DNA from: a virus
Taxonomy: Duplodnaviria > Caudoviricetes
Reading direction: 5' to 3' (one strand)
DNA length: 64,000 nt
IMG/VR virus record: IMGVR_UViG_3300021514_000002
Span: 224,001 to 288,000 of that record
Part shown: one piece after another, positions 18,651 to 28,270 of the stretch
How the letters are laid out: each line of letters starts with the position of its first letter
Numbering within the stretch: the first letter of the stretch is position 1
Notes under the pieces: generated by a model
Database searches by the model: none
What the model saw: only the letters and a program-made list of their open reading frames with translations
What the model was told of the DNA's origin: nothing
Translations under genes and position numbers: made by a program

Positions 18651-18992
18651 ATGATGACCAACCCGAACCAATTAGAAAATAACGATAGCGATCACGATAA
18701 GGCTCCTATGACGTTGACTCTTCGTGATGTGGTACTTATTATCGCTGCGGTAATATCAATGGCGACAGCATGGGGAATGTTTGGAACGCGACTATCTGTG
18801 GTTGAGCAGAAAGTTATATCTATCGGCGGGAATTTGGTACAAATAAGACAAATAATTAAAGAGCTGAGAGTGGAAGATATAACCGATCATACAGGATTGC
18901 ACCTAGAGTTAGAAAAACTCGAGGCCAGGCTGCGAGCGATTGAGAATGAGCAGGCAGAACTAAAAGGGTTATTGCATTTAAATAAAATATAA
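18651..18992 (+). CDS. Single-pass membrane protein with C-terminal coiled coil
   Basis: Shine-Dalgarno AAGGAG before the ATG at 18651; VVLIIAAVISMATAWGMF transmembrane segment. Confidence 0.65.
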   Translation: MMTNPNQLENNDSDHDKAPMTLTLRDVVLIIAAVISMATAWGMFGTRLSVVEQKVISIGGNLVQIRQIIKELRVEDITDHTGLHLELEKLEARLRAIENEQAELKGLLHLNKI

Positions 18993-19008
18993 ACCCCAAG
19001 TGGGGTTT
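18991..19008. terminator. Hairpin between convergent genes
   Basis: AAACCCC-AAGT-GGGGTTT. Confidence 0.6.
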
Positions 19009-19027
19009 ATATTTTATTTAATAACCG

Positions 19028-19786
19028 CTATGAAGTTTCTTCTGATGCAACAATCCAAGATTTAACAAATTGACTTCGTACAATATCATGTTTCGTGAAT
19101 TGTACTGATTCAAATTCCGTCATCCTATCAAAGACATTAAGAGCGTGGCGCATACCAGACACGCCATTTTTCTTACCATCTAAATCAGATTGTTTTATAT
19201 CACCAGTGAAGATAATACGCGTATTTTTGCCAATTCTCGTCATAATAGAATCAATTTCATGGAACGTCATATTTTCACCCTCATCAACAATGACGATTGC
19301 ATTATCCCATGTTAATCCACGGATAAATGATGTTGTCATGAATTCTATTAGTCCGGCTTCTTTCATATCATGATAGGTAGAATTTCGTCCAATAAGTTCA
19401 TACATAATATCATGGTATGGTAATTCGTATAGGGCAGTTTTTTCTTCAAGGGTACCAGGAAGATATCCGACTTCCCTTGTAGGAACTGCCGAACGAACTA
19501 TTATTATTTTATTTTGATGTTTTCCGAGGATTTCGTGTATTGCTAGATATAGTGCTAAGAATGTTTTTCCTGTCCCTGCTGATCCGTGAGCACAAATGTG
19601 TTTATCATCATACCAAGCGTGGAACATGTCTTCCTGCGTTGGTGTGAGTGGTTTTACTGCCTTTACGTCGTGTTTTGACCAATGTTTCCTTTTGCTTCCT
19701 TCTTCCATTGCTCTCCCATTTTGAACTAATGCTAATGATATTGTTTCTAACTCAGCCTGTCGGCCATTGCGATGCTTCTTTCTCAT
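19028..19786 (-). CDS. phoH: PhoH-like ATPase
   Basis: GSAGTGKTFLA, IVRSAV, GYLPG, RGLTW, VDEGEN, GDIKQSDL, DIVRS. Confidence 0.95.
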   Translation of the reverse strand: MRKKHRNGRQAELETISLALVQNGRAMEEGSKRKHWSKHDVKAVKPLTPTQEDMFHAWYDDKHICAHGSAGTGKTFLALYLAIHEILGKHQNKIIIVRSAVPTREVGYLPGTLEEKTALYELPYHDIMYELIGRNSTYHDMKEAGLIEFMTTSFIRGLTWDNAIVIVDEGENMTFHEIDSIMTRIGKNTRIIFTGDIKQSDLDGKKNGVSGMRHALNVFDRMTEFESVQFTKHDIVRSQFVKSWIVASEETS

Positions 19787-19852
19787 AAAGTTAACCCTCC
19801 GGTTTTGTTTTAAAGAAGATTATACTTATTTATGTTCTTTTGCTACAAAACG

Positions 19853-19880
19853 AAAAAAGGACGCCATGTGGCGTCCTTTA
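19853..19880 (-). terminator. Rho-independent terminator after spoVR
   Basis: GGACGCC-ACAT-GGCGTCC followed by a T-run on the minus strand. Confidence 0.75.
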
Positions 19881-19917
19881 TCGGATTTATTAAATAAATA
19901 ACAAGATTGTATTACTA

Positions 19918-21459
19918 TTAATCATCTTCTTCTAAGAAAATATCAAGGACAGGTTCATCCTTCTCGTCAACGTAGTACACTGCTCTAACTTCTTCAGATT
20001 CATCAACAGATTCAAGAACTACCTTATAACCCCATAAATATTTCATATACCGTAGGGTATCTATTGTTGTTTCAGTCTCCAATGGTCGCTTATTAACCAT
20101 ATAATGACGAAGCGTTAAAGTACGGTCACCCCATCGATCAACATCATATACCTGAATATCAGGTGTCTGATATCCAATATTATATTGTTTCGAAAGTGCA
20201 GAACGTATAGTGGCGTAGCCTTGTTTATTATGAATTCCGCTAATAGTCAATTTTGGATCTTGTTCATCATCATGGACAGCAAACATTCTAAAATTACGCA
20301 TCACCTTTGGGGATAAAAATTGTTGGATAAAACTTTCATCTTTGAAATTTTCAACTGCCCATTTCACATTTTTCAACCAATCGCCATTACCAACCCATTC
20401 TTGGTTACCAAACCACTCGCGGTCTTCTTCTGTTGGTTCCATTGATATGCGTTCAATATCTTGATACATGGCGAAGCCAAGTGCATATGGGTTAATTCCA
20501 CTAAAATAATCATCATCAAAATCACGTTGATGAATTACACCAGTATGTGAAGTATAGAATTCAAGCATAGCTCCATCATCCAAAATCCCCTTATCATATA
20601 AGTCATGTACAATTTTATGATGAAAGAACGTAGCACACCCTTCATTCATGACTTGTGTCTGACGTTGTGGATAAAAGTATTGTGAAATTTTCCGAACAAT
20701 GCGGATAATTTCACGCTTCCAATCATCTAAGCGTGGAGCGTTTTTTTCAATAAAATAAAGGATGTTTTCATGTGGTTCTTTTGGAAAACGATCTTCTTCT
20801 TTTTCATCTTCTTTTTCTGTTGTCCCTGGAACCGTCTTCCAGATATCGTTTAATTGTGATTGGATGTAGGCATCGCGTTCTTTTCTAAGTTCTTCGCTTT
20901 TTTCAAAAGAAAGATGATTAGGACGACTATACTTATCAACCCCATACACTTGCAAAGAATGTGTAGCATCAATTAAAGCTTCTACTTCATCTGTGCCATA
21001 TCGTTCTTCACAATCACGTATGTATTTTTTAGCAAATACAAGATAATCAATAATACCTTCTGCATCTGTCCATTGTTTGAATAAGTAGTTATTAGCGAAG
21101 AAATGATTATGTCCAAACGATGCGTGCGCAATAACTAGCGTTTGCATCATCATGGTATTTTCTTCCATTAAATACGCAATACAAGGGTTAGAATTGATTA
21201 CGATTTCATATGCTAATCCCATACGGCCACGCTTATAAGCTTCTAATTCTCGCACAAATTGTTCACCAAACGACCAATGGGGATAGTATAGAGGCAATCC
21301 TACAGCAGAATATGCATCAAGCATTTGTTCTGAAGAAATAATTTCCAATTGGTTAGGATAATAATTTAATCCGTATTTCTCGTTGGCAATTTTCTGAATT
21401 TCAACATAGATTTCATCTATTTTATCAAAATCCCATTCTTGTCCTGATGTAATTTTCAT
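19918..21459 (-). CDS. spoVR: SpoVR / YcgB family protein
   Basis: YPHWSFG, GLAYEIVINSNPC, AHASFGHNHFF, QTQVMNEGCATF, NPYALGF. Confidence 0.95.
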   Translation of the reverse strand: MKITSGQEWDFDKIDEIYVEIQKIANEKYGLNYYPNQLEIISSEQMLDAYSAVGLPLYYPHWSFGEQFVRELEAYKRGRMGLAYEIVINSNPCIAYLMEENTMMMQTLVIAHASFGHNHFFANNYLFKQWTDAEGIIDYLVFAKKYIRDCEERYGTDEVEALIDATHSLQVYGVDKYSRPNHLSFEKSEELRKERDAYIQSQLNDIWKTVPGTTEKEDEKEEDRFPKEPHENILYFIEKNAPRLDDWKREIIRIVRKISQYFYPQRQTQVMNEGCATFFHHKIVHDLYDKGILDDGAMLEFYTSHTGVIHQRDFDDDYFSGINPYALGFAMYQDIERISMEPTEEDREWFGNQEWVGNGDWLKNVKWAVENFKDESFIQQFLSPKVMRNFRMFAVHDDEQDPKLTISGIHNKQGYATIRSALSKQYNIGYQTPDIQVYDVDRWGDRTLTLRHYMVNKRPLETETTIDTLRYMKYLWGYKVVLESVDESEEVRAVYYVDEKDEPVLDIFLEEDD

Positions 21460-22739
21460 TGTGCTTCTCTTTTCTCGAATAAACTTCTAAAAATAGGATA
21501 TATTTCAGTAACATCCCGAACATTTGCCATTTCAAGGTTTTTAAATTCGCCTTTTAGTGCTTCATAGTGCGGCCACAAATCACTTTCTTCACCATTGCGC
21601 CACTGGTCAACTTCAACGTATGCAAAATATTGGCTTTGTGGTAAAAGATATTTTCTCATAATATCACATGCTTCAATATTATCGCGACCCCAATTATCGC
21701 CGTCAGAAATCTGACAACCAAAAATATTCCATTGGTTTGTTGGATATCTTTCTGCTATAATTTCTTTCATTAATAACAACGCAGAGGATACAACAGTACC
21801 ACCTGTTTCATGTGAATGAAAAAATTCATCTTCATCAACTTCCGAAGCACGTGTATGGTGGCGTATCCAAACAATATCAACACGTTCATAATTATAATGA
21901 AGAAATAACAACATCAACATAAAGAAGCGTTTTGCCATTTCTTTTTCCCATTCACCCATACTTGCCGATACGTCCATAATACCGAACATGACCGCTTGCG
22001 TAGTAGGCGTTGGAACTTTTTCCCAGCGATTATAACGAAGATCCATATCATCAATAAATGGCACTGCTTTAATCTTACGCTTGAGTGCATTGATTTGATC
22101 GTTTAACTTCTCAATACGAGACATGTTTTGTTCAATAACATCAATACCAGCTAGTTCCGCAAGAAGCAATTTTAATTTTTTCTTCTTCGGAGAACGGAGA
22201 GCTAAACGTCTACCCTTTGCACGCTTCATTGATTGTAGAATATTTAAGCGACTAGGGTTACCATCTACGGAAAATCCCGCCCTGTGATTTTCATATTCTT
22301 CTATCTTGGTGATAGTCTTTTTTACCATATCTGGTAATTCAAGGTCTTCAAAAAATAAATCAAGAAATTCTTCTTTTGTTAAATGAAAAGAAAAATCGTC
22401 TTCGCCTTCACCTTCTGGTGTACCTTCTTTACCAGCACCAGCACCACCTTCGGGCGGGCGGGCATGGCGATCACCTTGATTAAATTTTTTATTTCCTGGA
22501 GCAACAAAATCTTTAATACCACCTTTTTTGTCGTGGTGAAACGTAGGTTGATCTAGCCCTTTTCCTGGAATTTTAACTTTCTTTTCTTTACTATTAACGA
22601 TATCGCCAATACTTCCATCGCGAATGGTATCTTTAACAGCATCACGTACTTGTTGTTTTACGCGCTTAACAAACCGACGACGATTATCGGTACTTTTACC
22701 TTTATCGTTCTTTCTTCTGTCTATTATAATATGTGCCAT
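21456..22739 (-). CDS. yeaH: YeaH/YhbH family (vWA domain) protein
   Basis: IIDRR...NRRRF, MDVSASM (MIDAS-like), ETGGT, ISDGDNW, YVEV. Confidence 0.95.
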   Translation of the reverse strand: MAHIIIDRRKNDKGKSTDNRRRFVKRVKQQVRDAVKDTIRDGSIGDIVNSKEKKVKIPGKGLDQPTFHHDKKGGIKDFVAPGNKKFNQGDRHARPPEGGAGAGKEGTPEGEGEDDFSFHLTKEEFLDLFFEDLELPDMVKKTITKIEEYENHRAGFSVDGNPSRLNILQSMKRAKGRRLALRSPKKKKLKLLLAELAGIDVIEQNMSRIEKLNDQINALKRKIKAVPFIDDMDLRYNRWEKVPTPTTQAVMFGIMDVSASMGEWEKEMAKRFFMLMLLFLHYNYERVDIVWIRHHTRASEVDEDEFFHSHETGGTVVSSALLLMKEIIAERYPTNQWNIFGCQISDGDNWGRDNIEACDIMRKYLLPQSQYFAYVEVDQWRNGEESDLWPHYEALKGEFKNLEMANVRDVTEIYPIFRSLFEKREAQ

Positions 22740-22764
22740 ATAAACTCCTAGTTTATTAATAGAA

Positions 22765-22780
22765 GGGGCATTGCTGCCCC
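22765..22780 (-). terminator. GC-rich hairpin between yeaG and yeaH
   Basis: GGGGCA-GCAA-TGCCCC on the minus strand; weak U-tail. Confidence 0.45.
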
Positions 22781-22788
22781 GAATACTA

Positions 22789-24744
22789 TTAATTGTTCTT
22801 AGTATATCGCATATACCATTCTACGGCTAAGCGGACTTGCTTTTGTGTATAACCTTTTTCCATCATACGACTTACGAAATCGTTATGTTTGTCTTCTTCT
22901 TCGGCAGTCGATTTGGTATTAAATGAAATTACTGGAAGAAGTTCTTCTGTATTAGCGAACATCTTCTTCTCGATTACTTCACGTAACTTTTGGTAGCTCT
23001 TCCAATCTGGGCTTTCGCCATTATTGTTCGCTTTTACACGAAGAACAAAACCAACCACTTCATTACGGAAATCTTTCGGATTTGTGATTCCTGCAGGTTT
23101 TTCCATTTTTTCTAATTCAGCATTTAATACTTCGCGATTAAACATACTACCAGTATCAGGATCACGATAATCTTTATCTTGTATCCAGAAGTCAGCGTAT
23201 TGAATATACCGTTCAAATAAATTCTGACCATATTCGTGGTAAGATTCGAGATAAGCTTTTTGTAATTCATCGCCAAGGAATTCAGCATATTTTGGTGCCA
23301 ATGTACCTTTAATAAAGCTGATACGTGCTTCTTCCTCGTCTGATTTAAGTTGTTCTTGTTGAATCTGTTTCCCTAACACGTACATTAAGTGGATTGGATT
23401 CGCAGCAACTTCGTCAGAATCATAATTAAATACTTTAGATAAAATCTTAAATGCGAAACGCGTAGACGAACCATTCATTCCTTCCGAAACACCACCGGGT
23501 ACGTCACGATATTCGTCTAGTGATTTTGCTTGCGGGTCTTTGTCTTTTAGATTTTTACCATCATAGATTTCCATCTTTGAAAATAATTTACTATTTTCAG
23601 GTTCAATTAATCGCGTAAGTACAGAATACTGTGCCATCATTTCAATTGTTCCGGGTGCGCAAATTGCATCTGATAATTCTGAACTAGAAATTAATTTTTT
23701 ATAAATTTCTGCTTCTTCTGTGACACGGAGACAATAAGGGACTTTAACAATATAAACACGGTCTAAGAACGCTTCATTGTTTTTATTGTTGCGGAAAGTT
23801 GTCCATTCTGATTCATTAGAATGTGCAACGATAATGCCTTGGAACGGAATAGCACCAAATTGTTCAGTACCATTATAATGGCCTTCTTGTGTGGCAGTTA
23901 ATAATGGGTGGAGCATTTTAATAGGGGCTTTAAACATTTCAACGAATTCCAAAATACCTTGGGTAGAAACGTTTAAGCCACCTGCCCAATTATATGCATC
24001 TGGGTCATGCTGCTCATGATCTTCTAATTCGCGAATGTTGACCTTACCAACCAAAGATGAAATATCTTGATTATTTTCATCACCAGGTTCTACTTTAGTA
24101 ATACCTACTTGTTTTAAAATCGATGGCCAAACTTTAACTACTTTAAATTTAGAAATATCGCCTTCTGCTTCTTCAAGTCGTTTAACTGCCCAAGGCGACA
24201 TAATGTGTTTGATATAGCGCGGTGAAATATTGTATTCTTCTTTTAAAGTTTTAGCATCGTCAGTAGAATCAAATACATTAAGTGGTGATTCATAGATAGG
24301 AGAAATTTCCCATTCATTTGTTTCATGGTTCAATGCCTTTAATGCAAATACGGGAATATCTTGCATAAGTTCTTTAAGACGTTCTGCTAAGGATGACTTA
24401 CCGCCGCCCACAGGACCGAGTAAGTAAAGGATTTGTTTTGATTCTTCCAAGCCTTGTGCGGCATGGCGAAAAAATGCCACAATCTGTTCAATGGTTTCTT
24501 CCATGCCATAGAAATCGGTAAATGACGGATAAATTTTGATTTTGCGATTAGTAAAGATACGACTTAAACGATCATCTTTGCGGGTATCAACGATAGTGGG
24601 GTCGCCGATTGCCATTAACATCCGTTCTGCTGCTGATGCATAGTAACTTTTATCATTCTTACAACCTTCAAGATATTCTTCAATAGACATCTCTTCGGTT
24701 TGTTTTGTTTCATAACGTTCGTGATAGTTGGTAAATATATTCAT
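22789..24744 (-). CDS. yeaG: YeaG / PrkA family AAA+ protein
   Basis: FYGMEE, YLLGPVGGGKSS (Walker A), EPGDENNQDIS, EFVEMFKAPIK, AFLDR. Confidence 0.96.
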   Translation of the reverse strand: MNIFTNYHERYETKQTEEMSIEEYLEGCKNDKSYYASAAERMLMAIGDPTIVDTRKDDRLSRIFTNRKIKIYPSFTDFYGMEETIEQIVAFFRHAAQGLEESKQILYLLGPVGGGKSSLAERLKELMQDIPVFALKALNHETNEWEISPIYESPLNVFDSTDDAKTLKEEYNISPRYIKHIMSPWAVKRLEEAEGDISKFKVVKVWPSILKQVGITKVEPGDENNQDISSLVGKVNIRELEDHEQHDPDAYNWAGGLNVSTQGILEFVEMFKAPIKMLHPLLTATQEGHYNGTEQFGAIPFQGIIVAHSNESEWTTFRNNKNNEAFLDRVYIVKVPYCLRVTEEAEIYKKLISSSELSDAICAPGTIEMMAQYSVLTRLIEPENSKLFSKMEIYDGKNLKDKDPQAKSLDEYRDVPGGVSEGMNGSSTRFAFKILSKVFNYDSDEVAANPIHLMYVLGKQIQQEQLKSDEEEARISFIKGTLAPKYAEFLGDELQKAYLESYHEYGQNLFERYIQYADFWIQDKDYRDPDTGSMFNREVLNAELEKMEKPAGITNPKDFRNEVVGFVLRVKANNNGESPDWKSYQKLREVIEKKMFANTEELLPVISFNTKSTAEEEDKHNDFVSRMMEKGYTQKQVRLAVEWYMRYTKNN

Positions 24745-24782
24745 AGTAACCTCTTTATTGAGTTGCTCTTCTGTTAGCAGGG

Positions 24783-24811
24783 ACTATATAACAAAAGTGT
24801 TGTGTTGTCAA
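24783..24811 (-). promoter_or_regulatory. Sigma70-type promoter of yeaG
   Basis: TTGACA-17nt-TATAGT. Confidence 0.7.
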
Positions 24812-24838
24812 GATGTAACAAATAAATTTATATTAAAT

Positions 24839-25408
24839 TTATTTAACATCCATCCGCTCAAGGACTTCACGTTCTTTATCTAAATCTCGATTGATTGCGT
24901 TTTCGGAAGTAAAATTTTGTGGATATCTAGCTTTTAATTTTGCAATAACGGCTGCAAGAATTGAATCCCATTCAATATCTAGTTCATCAACACCAATTGC
25001 CTTATACCAGTCTATGTCACCAAATTCTTCAGCAATATTTACATTATCCATAGTTGAGCCTGTAACATCAAGAGCTTCTAATAACTCAGTTGATTCGGTG
25101 GCAATGCCAACAACAGAATGAAATATGCGTGGGTTAATATCCAATTTTGTTTTATCGTTAACAGTATTGTCCAACTCAAGGCTGTCAAGAGAAGCTACGG
25201 AATCTTTCAACCCCGTGATGAGAAGTTTCAATTTAAAAATATCATACGGTTTATCGTAAAATACATTCTTCTTTATTTGATCGAGAATATTACCGGCATC
25301 TATTAATGCATGAAGGGTGTTTAAAAGAAGTTCTATATTTGCATTAACAGAATCAATCCTGCTTTCTGTTTTGATCGCGTCTTCGACGAATTGGTCTAAT
25401 TGTGTCAT
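24839..25408 (-). CDS. MazG-like NTP pyrophosphatase
   Basis: HSVVGIATESTELLE, NIAEEFGDIDWY, KLKARYP. Confidence 0.8.
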   Translation of the reverse strand: MTQLDQFVEDAIKTESRIDSVNANIELLLNTLHALIDAGNILDQIKKNVFYDKPYDIFKLKLLITGLKDSVASLDSLELDNTVNDKTKLDINPRIFHSVVGIATESTELLEALDVTGSTMDNVNIAEEFGDIDWYKAIGVDELDIEWDSILAAVIAKLKARYPQNFTSENAINRDLDKEREVLERMDVK

Positions 25409-25447
25409 TTTTTATCCTTTATTATTATTTTTTATATTTTTATATAG

Positions 25448-25519
25448 TGGCCTCAGATAGAATCGAACTATCATCTGTAAGTTAGGAACAAACTATGTTA
25501 TCCGTTACACTATGAGGCC
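25448..25519 (-). tRNA. tRNA-Arg(CCU) with a weak anticodon stem
   Basis: GGCCUCA/UGAGGCC acceptor stem, GAUAG-UUCGAUU-CUAUC T arm, loop UUCCUAA; two U.U mismatches in the anticodon stem. Confidence 0.7.
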
Positions 25520-25528
25520 AATAGGTAA

Positions 25529-25819
25529 TTACTTACGTTGTTTTTTGCGAGCTTGTTTTTGCGCTTTGCGTTTTGATTTGCGTTTCACATTAGAAACTTT
25601 TTTTCTAGTAAAATCGCTTTGAAAAATGCCCATTTCGGTACGCATCTTCGTTACCTGTCCTTGGCCAATATGGCCTCTATCAACAGCTTCGCTTAGTGCT
25701 TTAATGATTTCACTTTTTGATAGTTTAGGGGCAGTTGTGGATACTTCTTCATTTTCTTCGGCTTGTACATTGTCGTCAATTTCTTCAAAATCAGCATCAA
25801 CGATATTTTCTTCTTGCAT
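25529..25819 (-). CDS. Hypothetical protein (acidic N-terminus, basic C-terminus)
   Basis: Intact ORF. Confidence 0.65.
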   Translation of the reverse strand: MQEENIVDADFEEIDDNVQAEENEEVSTTAPKLSKSEIIKALSEAVDRGHIGQGQVTKMRTEMGIFQSDFTRKKVSNVKRKSKRKAQKQARKKQRK

Positions 25820-25848
25820 CTGTATTATCCTTTTTTATTGTATTAATT

Positions 25849-25882
25849 ATAAATGTGCCTTATTAAAATAAGGCACATTTAT
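25849..25882. terminator. Perfect 16-bp inverted repeat
   Basis: ATAAATGTGCCTTATT-AA-AATAAGGCACATTTAT. Confidence 0.65.
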
Positions 25883-25948
25883 CTACCTCGCCATCTACAG
25901 AACCGACAAGTTTGGTTAAACCATAAACCCTTACTCGCCGTTGTCCTT

Positions 25949-26533
25949 TTATCCATTAGAATCATGCAAACGGCTAACTTTTGGTACACGCTTCATTAAA
26001 AATTCCATTTGATCGGCAAGTACTTTACGGTTTTGTAATAACAACCATTCTGCGCGATTTGGAACATATGGAACATAAAGCAATTGCATATTAGTATCAG
26101 CGAGTAACTTATCGTCCTTCGCTTTATTACATCCTGCACATGCAGTTACAACATTCGTCCACTTATTAAGACCACCACGTGATACAGGGTGAATATGATC
26201 ACGAGTTAAACGTGCAGACGAAAACGTAGTTCCACAATACGCGCATAAATTCTGGTCACGACGAAACAATGTCTTGTTCGTTAACGGAACTCTGTTGTAG
26301 TGCTTCATTGCCTTTGGATTAGGATGACCTTTAATAGCAATAATGGTATTAATCGTCAATATGCTTTTGATTCCTGTTGCAGCACAAACACCACCATGGA
26401 GATCAAAATCCACTTCACCCATTGACCATGCAATATTACCTTTAGAGTAATGATAGGCAGAATCCTGGAATGTAATCCATTGTTGTGGGTTACCTGCAAC
26501 ATCAAGTTGTAATATGGTGGGGAATTCGTTCAT
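25949..26533 (-). CDS. HNH endonuclease (McrA-like)
   Basis: RRDQNLCAYCG, LTRDHIHPVSRGG, NVVTACAGCNKAK. Confidence 0.9.
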   Translation of the reverse strand: MNEFPTILQLDVAGNPQQWITFQDSAYHYSKGNIAWSMGEVDFDLHGGVCAATGIKSILTINTIIAIKGHPNPKAMKHYNRVPLTNKTLFRRDQNLCAYCGTTFSSARLTRDHIHPVSRGGLNKWTNVVTACAGCNKAKDDKLLADTNMQLLYVPYVPNRAEWLLLQNRKVLADQMEFLMKRVPKVSRLHDSNG

Positions 26534-27462
26534 TTCAATCTCCTATTAATATATTTTAGAATTTTATCTTTTGTATTTATGGTAAAGCATTCAGTATAAC
26601 CACCGAATTTTATATTGGGCGTATGTTTATCCATAACGAACATTTCTAGAATTGCATTTTCTATTGAAGCAGCGGTTGCCATTGGCAATTTTTCTTCAAA
26701 TAAGTTATTAATTTTATATCCTCTGTGGGTAGTACCAAAGCGCGTAATTACACCAGCACCTGTCGTTATTCCTATTTTTACGAATTTTTCATTTTCTTGA
26801 CTAAATTCGGCGAGATATATTATACCACTTTCATTCTTATTTGCAAGCCTTATTTCTCTACCAGCGTTATATGTTTTCGATCTGTTAAAATTTGCACATA
26901 TTGGGCATCCACTACCATTACGCATATGATTTTCTGGAGTTTGCCAAAAACTTCCATGTTTATCACAAACTATTTCAATTTTTTTCTTTGAATTTATATA
27001 CTTAATTTTATGATATTTATATAAATTATCATGACGAAGATTTGCTTCAATTATAAATTTTGATGCGATTTTAGTTCTATTTGATATATCGCATTTTGGA
27101 CAACCAACAACAGATTTTAAATGTACTTGTGGTATCTGCTCAAAAATCCCATGATTTTGACATATAATTTTTATCTGCGTATAACTATTTACGTATACAA
27201 CTTTACTATAATCATAAGTATCACCATGTTGTTCCTTTGCCCTGTCAACAAATACATTTGCACCAGATTGTGCTTCTCTGCTACATGTTGGACATCCACT
27301 ACCATGATAAATGTGATCATGTATGCGCGTCAAAAACCTCCCGTGCTTGTTACAAATCGCAATAATTTTATCTTTTACAATAACAGTATCTTCGTATATT
27401 TCATATTCGTATAAGTTATTATGAATTTCTTTTGCACGATTAATAAATTTTAACGTTAACAT
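26530..27462 (-). CDS. Putative homing endonuclease: repeated C..H..F...H....GCP.C domains + GIY-YIG-like C-terminus
   Basis: Three zinc-binding repeats; IIYLAEF...FVKIGITT...RF. Confidence 0.75.
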   Translation of the reverse strand: MLTLKFINRAKEIHNNLYEYEIYEDTVIVKDKIIAICNKHGRFLTRIHDHIYHGSGCPTCSREAQSGANVFVDRAKEQHGDTYDYSKVVYVNSYTQIKIICQNHGIFEQIPQVHLKSVVGCPKCDISNRTKIASKFIIEANLRHDNLYKYHKIKYINSKKKIEIVCDKHGSFWQTPENHMRNGSGCPICANFNRSKTYNAGREIRLANKNESGIIYLAEFSQENEKFVKIGITTGAGVITRFGTTHRGYKINNLFEEKLPMATAASIENAILEMFVMDKHTPNIKFGGYTECFTINTKDKILKYINRRLK

Positions 27463-27514
27463 AAATCATCCCCATAATAAAGTATATATGGGGATTGTTA
27501 TTAAGTTATCCAAT

Positions 27515-28054
27515 TTATACCCTATCTTGTAATGCTGCGTGAATCTGCGTAAAATTACTAGGTTTAAACTCCCCATTGATGATTTTATCGGCAACCTGTT
27601 TACTTTTACCATAATTGGAATAAAGTGGTGCCACGGTTGGCAATTCAAGGGTTGCTAACATATTTACCATATCAGCAACCATATCGTCGGTAATGCTATC
27701 ACTTAATGGTGCAAAAAATTCGCGCAAGCGGTCAACTTCATAATCTGCTGCCTTCTTGCCAAAAAATTTATTACCTGCACCAATTTTTTTAGCAAGTGAT
27801 TGCATATATGTAAGATCAACCATGGCATAATATAACCCATGGTTAAGATATGTACCATTTTTTAGTTTGTTAATATTTGTTATCGGCGTAAAACCATTAT
27901 CAAATGGTTTGTTGCAAAGAAGATTGAATAATATATGATGGCTCGCATGTAGCCAAGCAACGGGTGGTCTCGCCTTGTTGTTATTGACGGCTGAAGCCCA
28001 TGATTTGCGGAAAGTAAAGTATTGTTCTTTAGTTTTAAAAATTGATGTAGTCAT
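27515..28054 (-). CDS. Hypothetical protein downstream of the amber-containing leader
   Basis: Shine-Dalgarno AGGAG; 179 aa; in frame with the upstream ATG at 28183. Confidence 0.75.
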   Translation of the reverse strand: MTTSIFKTKEQYFTFRKSWASAVNNNKARPPVAWLHASHHILFNLLCNKPFDNGFTPITNINKLKNGTYLNHGLYYAMVDLTYMQSLAKKIGAGNKFFGKKAADYEVDRLREFFAPLSDSITDDMVADMVNMLATLELPTVAPLYSNYGKSKQVADKIINGEFKPSNFTQIHAALQDRV

Positions 28055-28183
28055 TGTAATTCTCCTATTAAATGTGTTGTATTTGACTATTAAATTTGAT
28101 TTAAATAGAAATACACACGGAGGATCGTGACCACTATGATGGGGATATACCTATGTGTGACTTGTTGACCATTCTTTAGTCAT
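28052..28183 (-). promoter_or_regulatory. Leader ORF with a single in-frame TAG: MTKEWSTSHT*VYPHHSGHDPPCVFLFKSNLIVKYNTFNRRIT-M
   Basis: ATG at 28183 (GAAAGG 8 nt upstream); TAG at 28153-28151; no other stop before the ATG at 28054 (43 codons apart). Confidence 0.6.
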
Positions 28184-28270
28184 GGGTTTTACCTTTCTAA
28201 TTGTACCAGTGTCAACTGGATCTGTTAATATTGATTGTATCATAATTGTATATATCATCTGCGCAAAAAC

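Noticed and set aside
28186-28219. Sigma70 promoter directly in front of the amber leader
   Set aside because: TTGACA is present, but the -10 match is poor and too close to the ATG; the TTGACA also lies within a small CCAGT/ACTGG inverted repeat.
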